Positions 58,094 through 64,000 of a stretch of DNA of 64,000 nt are shown one piece after another. Below the pieces are notes generated by a model. That model ran no database searches. It had not been told where the DNA came from and saw only the letters and a program-made list of their open reading frames with translations. A program made the position numbers and the translations under genes. The stretch is from Eledone cirrhosa (taxonomy: Eukaryota), in the NCBI GenBank assembly GCA_964016885.1, contig OZ024764.1:17794001-17858000 (forward strand). The letters run 5' to 3'. The stretch's first letter is position 1, and each line of letters starts with the position of its first letter.

Positions 58094-58458
58094 CTATGTA
58101 TCAATATATATATATATAATATAGACACTGCTCTAGCTATCCACCTCCATCGTCAACCCACCCTCGTCCGTCAAAGTTAAGATTACAAAACAGCATAAAA
58201 AATTATAAACAATAAAAATATCTTAAATAAATTTGATTGAAAAAACTCCCTACCTTATTTATCTCCAAATTAATCCTGTGTTTTAATTAAGGTATTTTAA
58301 TCAAGGTACTTTAATTAAGGATTTCAGAAAAATCACACGCGTATGTCTAAAACGGAAGTAAGAGGAAAAGTCATTCCGGTCACGTGGTGTAGATATCTAT
58401 CGAATTATTTTGTAAATTATCTCAAAATATGTTTTTTCTCTCGTGAAGCAATCATTAT

Positions 58459-58640
58459 TTGGCAGTATCGTTAGAGCGTCGGACGCCATGCTTTCCAGCA
58501 TAGTTACGTCCCTTTACGATCTGAGTTCAAATCCCGCCGAGGTTGACTTTGCCTTTCATCTTTACGGGGTCGATAAAATAAAGTACCAGTAATGCACTGG
58601 GTAATTGCTGGCCTTGTGTATAATGTAGAAACAATTATTA
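58459..58640 (+). mobile_element. tRNA-derived SINE
   Basis: A and B boxes plus the conserved central domain. Confidence 0.85.
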
Positions 58641-58692
58641 ATATTATTGATTTTTTTTTTTAACAAATTTATCGATTCTGTTATTATTTGTT

Positions 58693-59198
58693 AGAAGTGA
58701 CGGCAAGAGACCTGACGGCCTTACCCTGTGCCCCTGGTCGAGAGGCAGGTGCCTTGTCTGGAACGTCACTGTTACTCACTCTTTTGCCTTTTCCCACATC
58801 CTGGATGCTGGGGTCAGGACGAGAGCCACAGCTTCTGCAGCCGAGTGGAGTAAGACCCTCAAATACTCTGATCTGTCGGCCAGGCCAGCTACATTTTTCA
58901 GCCTGTGGCTTTCGAGACGTTTGGGGGAGTCGGGCCGCTGACTGCGAGGTTCCTCTCTTCACTGGCGGCTCGCCTAATAGAGGTAACTGGCGAATCTCGC
59001 GAGGGCGCTTGGCTGTTTCAGCACATCGGCCTCGCCATCATCCGAGGCAACGCTGAGAGTGTGCTGGCTTGCCTCAAAAATCATTAGAGAGGTTGCCCAG
59101 TACTCGCGACGTTGCTGTCTTTTGCTCTGGTGTTGGCTCCGTTGTTCTTCCCTTCCTTTACATGTTCTTTAATATTGTAACATTAAAAAAAATAAAAT
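58693..59198 (+). mobile_element. CRE-clade-like non-LTR retrotransposon, restriction-like endonuclease C-terminus + 3' UTR (frameshifted)
   Basis: RSDGKRPDGLTLCPWSRGRCLVWNVT...KYSDL, then after a frameshift YIFQPVAFETFGGVGP...TGESREGAWLFQHIGLAIIRGNAESVL*, then an A-rich end. Confidence 0.8.
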
Positions 59199-59593
59199 AT
59201 ATTTATTAAGTACAAAGCATATAAATAAATTTACAGTAGAATAACGTAACAAATATGTTTTAAATATATACATAAATAACATTACAAATGCTTAGACAAC
59301 ATTATAAATTGCTCGCGATTCTTCCAGAAGGATATATTCTTTTAATGTTACAATATTAAAGAAAATGTAAAGGAAGGGGTGAACAACGGAGACAACACCA
59401 GGGCAAAAGACAGCAACCAGGAGTACTGGGAAACCTCTCTAATGATTTTCAATTTAAATAAATCTAAAGAATTGTAGGATTGACAGTAATGGCGTCGTAA
59501 GAAGATCTAATCGTTTTTTTAAAAAAAATGAAATTATCGTGTACAGTGCTCAGGTGCATTACAACTCATCAAAGGTACATGTATAGTACATAG

Positions 59594-59986
59594 AATAATG
59601 GTTTCTTATATAGGCACAAGGCCAGCAATTTGGGGGGAGGGGAAAGTCGATTAAATCGACCCCAGTACGTGATTGGTACTTTATTTTATCGAGTCCGTAA
59701 GGATGTAAGGTAAAGTTAACCTCGGCGGGATTTGATCTCAGATCATAAAGGGCCGTAACTCTATGCAGAAAAGCATGGCGTCTGACCCTCTACCGATACT
59801 GCCAATCCAAGAATAACTGTTTCTACTTTAGGCACAAGGCCAGCAATTACCCCAGCGCATTACTGGTACTTTATTTTATCGACCCCGTAAGGATGAAAGG
59901 CAAAGATAACCTCGGCGAGATTTGAACTCAGAATGGCAAGGGCCGTAACTCTATGCGTCAAAGCCTGGCGTCCGACCCTCCAGTCC
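59594..59986 (-). mobile_element. Head-to-tail SINE dimer (two subfamily variants)
   Basis: 59594-59808 (longer 3' hairpin variant) and 59812-59986. Confidence 0.85.
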
Positions 59987-60182
59987 AAGAATAATGTTCA
60001 AATGTCAGGAAAGTGAACAGTGTACGAGTCATGATATACACACAGATACACGTGTGTGTGTGGAGGGGAATATCGGGAAGGGTGGAGGTTTTGTGGTATT
60101 TTTATATGGTCCTGACTCTGGTTCCCTGAGTTCAAATCCCGCCAAGTTGTTGTTGTGGGTGGTGTTGTCATTGCATCTCTCC

Positions 60183-60249
<67 letters not shown>

Positions 60250-60255
<6 letters not shown>

Positions 60256-60312
60256 GATATACATAAGTGTGTGTATATACATATATATATATATATACAG
60301 AGATATACATAA

Positions 60313-60357
<45 letters not shown>

Positions 60358-60600
60358 TATACATAAGTGTGTGTATATACATATATATATATATATATAC
60401 AGAGATATACATAAGTGTGTGTATATACATATATATATATATATATACAGAGATATACATAAGTGTGTGTATATATATATATATATATATACAGAGATAT
60501 ACATAAGTGTGTGTATATACATATATATATATATATACAGAGATATACATAAGTGTGTGTATATACATATATATATATATATATACAGAGATATACATAA

Positions 60601-60633
<33 letters not shown>

Positions 60634-60647
60634 CAGAGATATACATA

Positions 60648-60701
<54 letters not shown>

Positions 60702-60715
60702 CAGAGATATACATA

Positions 60716-60749
<34 letters not shown>

Positions 60750-60764
60750 CAGAGATATACATAA

Positions 60765-60827
<63 letters not shown>

Positions 60828-60838
60828 GATATACATAA

Positions 60839-60845
<7 letters not shown>
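60250..60845. repeat. cagagatatacataagtgtg(TA)n minisatellite x~12
   Basis: Constant block separated by variable TA runs. Confidence 0.9.
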
Positions 60846-60887
<42 letters not shown>

Positions 60888-61088
60888 TATGTATACGTAC
60901 ATACATATATGTATACAGACGTACAGTAGTATGTATATATATATACATACATGCACACATATATATATGTACGTATGGATTCACCGAACATTTATTATAA
61001 TGCTCGGTGTGTTTGTAAACAAACATCCCGTATTAAGCCGTAGTGTCTAGCAACCATCGTTGCTCGTTTGTTCAACACTGACAAAGGA

Positions 61089-61131
61089 ACGCTGTACTAG
61101 TTTCAAGCTTATTAGCTATCGTCAGCAACGT
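61089..61131 (-). ncRNA. Minimal hammerhead ribozyme
   Basis: Reverse complement: acgttg CTGACGA t agct aata agct t GAAA ctag TA cagcgt. Confidence 0.75.
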
Positions 61132-61418
61132 ATACCTTCCTGCCAGATGATTGAACGTCTGAAAGTATAGACTTACCTTATGCATATTAACGGCTGAGCA
61201 GCCTAATTTGCATGTCGAGTGAATTAATAGACGGGATGCACCGAAAACGATAAACGGAAAAAAATGAAACGATTTTTTTTTCCCGTTTATATATATTTAG
61301 ATAGATACATAGATACGGAGAGACTGCGAAATATAGACAGATAGAAATATATATACAGGACCCTTTATTTCACGTTGTGGTAGTCAATTGTGAATCCAGT
61401 TCTTTAACCATGAAACTG

Positions 61419-61495
<77 letters not shown>

Positions 61496-61497
<2 letters not shown>

Positions 61498-61735
61498 AAG
61501 GCGGGTAAAATTCCCGAGATCCATGGACGAGCTCTCTCCAGCGGTCTCTGTCCCTCATTATCGCTGCCATGTCCTGCGTCTCCAACAGACCAGTGTCTGT
61601 CCTTAGGGCATCAACATACGTTAACCTTGGTCTACCTCTTCCAGTGTGTCCATGTAGGGGCTCCCAAAGGAGTACTGAGTGCAATGTCAACTCTGGATGT
61701 CGGTGAGCATGTCCAGCTAACCTCAGTCTCCTCAA
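61496..61735 (-). mobile_element. RTE-like LINE 3' fragment
   Basis: RRLRLAGHAHRHPELTLHSVLLWEPLHGHTGRGRPRLTYVDALRTDTGLLETQDMAAIMRDRDRWRELV. Confidence 0.8.
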
Positions 61736-61808
61736 CCACATCATCTTCCGTATTCCCAATCTTTGCTCCCAAATACAGGAAGTCCTCAACCTATATATAT
61801 ATATATAT

Positions 61809-62287
61809 AACGAAGGAAATGTGGTAAGGAACCAGGTGGACCATAACGCACCAAAGTACTCAATACTTAGGGTAGTAGAGTGGGTAATAGAAACAAGTAA
61901 GACCCAGACGGCTGAGCTCAGGCCGTTTCGACGGCTAATTCTGGACTGAATGAAAATTTATTCTGGTATTTAAATAGCCGAGCTTATCAAGGGGTAATTC
62001 CATATATGGTCAAAGAGATAATCACCAGTGACCAAAGAGATAAACACCATGTGACCAATCCTGGTGATTATCTCTTTGACCATATATGGAATTACCCCTT
62101 GATAAGCTCGGCTATTTAAATACCAGAATAAATTTTCATTCAGTCCAGAATTAGCCGTCGAAAGGTTGGAGTTCAGCCGTCGAAAGGTTGGAGTTCAGCC
62201 GTCGAAAGGTTGGAGCTCAGCCGTCGAAAGGGTGGAGCTCAGCCGTCGAAAGGTTGGAGCTCAGCCGTCGGGGTCTTACTTGTTCCT
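61809..62287 (-). mobile_element. Longest family A fold-back element, with a complete U3-A8 HHR in each arm (61902-61995 minus; 62094-62274 plus)
   Basis: acccc TTGATAA gctcggcta...tagccgtc GAAA cggcctgagctcagccg TC (t/g)gggt. Confidence 0.8.
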
Positions 62288-62483
62288 ATATATATACACC
62301 CACCTACACACATATGGTGTATTATTTACTGTGACTAATTATCATGCTAGTGTCCTACCTAAGATTTCACACAACTTATATACAAGTACCATATATATAT
62401 ATATATATATATATTATTGGTTTTTATTGTTTCTGAAAGTCTGTGGTTCACTGTTGATTATTGTTTATGTATTTAGTGGCGTA

Positions 62484-62519
<36 letters not shown>

Positions 62520-62651
62520 TATACGAGGGAAAGGCATAAACGCCACTAAATACAAAAAGAAAAACCAACAGCGACAAAGTGAACAAAAGACTTTCAGATA
62601 ATAATTATACATACATACATATATATGTATACATATATACGACTATATGTG

Positions 62652-62696
<45 letters not shown>

Positions 62697-62757
62697 TATT
62701 ATATATGTATATGTATATATATATGTTTATGTGTATATATATATATATAGTCGAATT

Positions 62758-62794
<37 letters not shown>

Positions 62795-63416
62795 ATATAT
62801 ATATATATAGTCATATATATATATATAGTCGTATATAAATATATATACATGCATATGTATATATGTATATATATGTACATATCTATATATATGAATGTAT
62901 GTATGTATATATATGTACATATGTATATATATGAATGTATGTATGTATGTATATATGTATATATATACATAAATATATATACATACATATGTATATATAT
63001 ATATACACACATATATGTATGTATGTATATATATAACCATGAGAACAAAAATATTACTGCTACACTAAAGACCAATAAAATTCTTTTGTTAAAAATATTA
63101 ATTGGAAGTTTTTCACATCAAATTATTTGTTTTGTTTACTGTATTAAATATTGCGAAGGTTGGCTGGGAAGTTCCTGGACTGACTAGGAAGGAGATGATG
63201 CTAGAGCTGTGAAATCTCGCTTGCCGTAATCTCGAAAGACTCTAATTAATAACTGCATTGCTTCTTTCCGGGCACTATGTTGAAAAATAAACCTCATTTG
63301 GTCATTCCATGAGAGTATCTTATATATATATATAGAGAGAGAGAGAGAGAATAGAAAATGAAATATCAGTGATGCATCCGAACTCAATTTATTGTGTTAC
63401 AATATGTATATATATT

Positions 63417-63477
<61 letters not shown>

Positions 63478-63531
63478 GTGAGGTTTTTTTTACAAAATGA
63501 AAAATAACCGAGGTGTCCTACACGAGTGAAA

Positions 63532-63920
<389 letters not shown>

Positions 63921-63955
63921 ATATATTTACATATATATATTTACATATATATATT

Positions 63956-63997
<42 letters not shown>

Positions 63998-64000
63998 CAT

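Overview
AT-rich eukaryotic non-coding DNA dominated by microsatellites ((TA)n, (CA)n, (GA)n, (CAC)n). The SINE type and repeat landscape suggest an octopod cephalopod; this is an inference. I found no convincing host protein-coding exon, and nearly all listed ORFs are microsatellite artefacts. Recognisable content includes about 8 copies of a tRNA-derived SINE, decayed 3' fragments of CR1-, RTE- and CRE-clade non-LTR retrotransposons, and many minisatellites, some amplified from SINE or LINE pieces. The main result is that the short 'unique' islands between (TA)n tracts are largely more than 10 distinct families of small non-coding elements carrying hammerhead ribozyme (HHR) motifs. By eye I read about 30 type-I HHR candidates (roughly one per 2 kb), including three unrelated families with the compensatory U3-A8 core. 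These elements abut (TA)n tracts, usually form asymmetric fold-back (inverted) structures with variable turn points, and share a YGAGTRC-like motif 40-65 nt from their 3' ends. They look like non-autonomous Penelope-like-element (PLE) terminal-repeat derivatives or retrozyme-like elements; no PLE RT/GIY-YIG ORF is visible in the window. All folds and coordinates were read manually and need computational and experimental confirmation.
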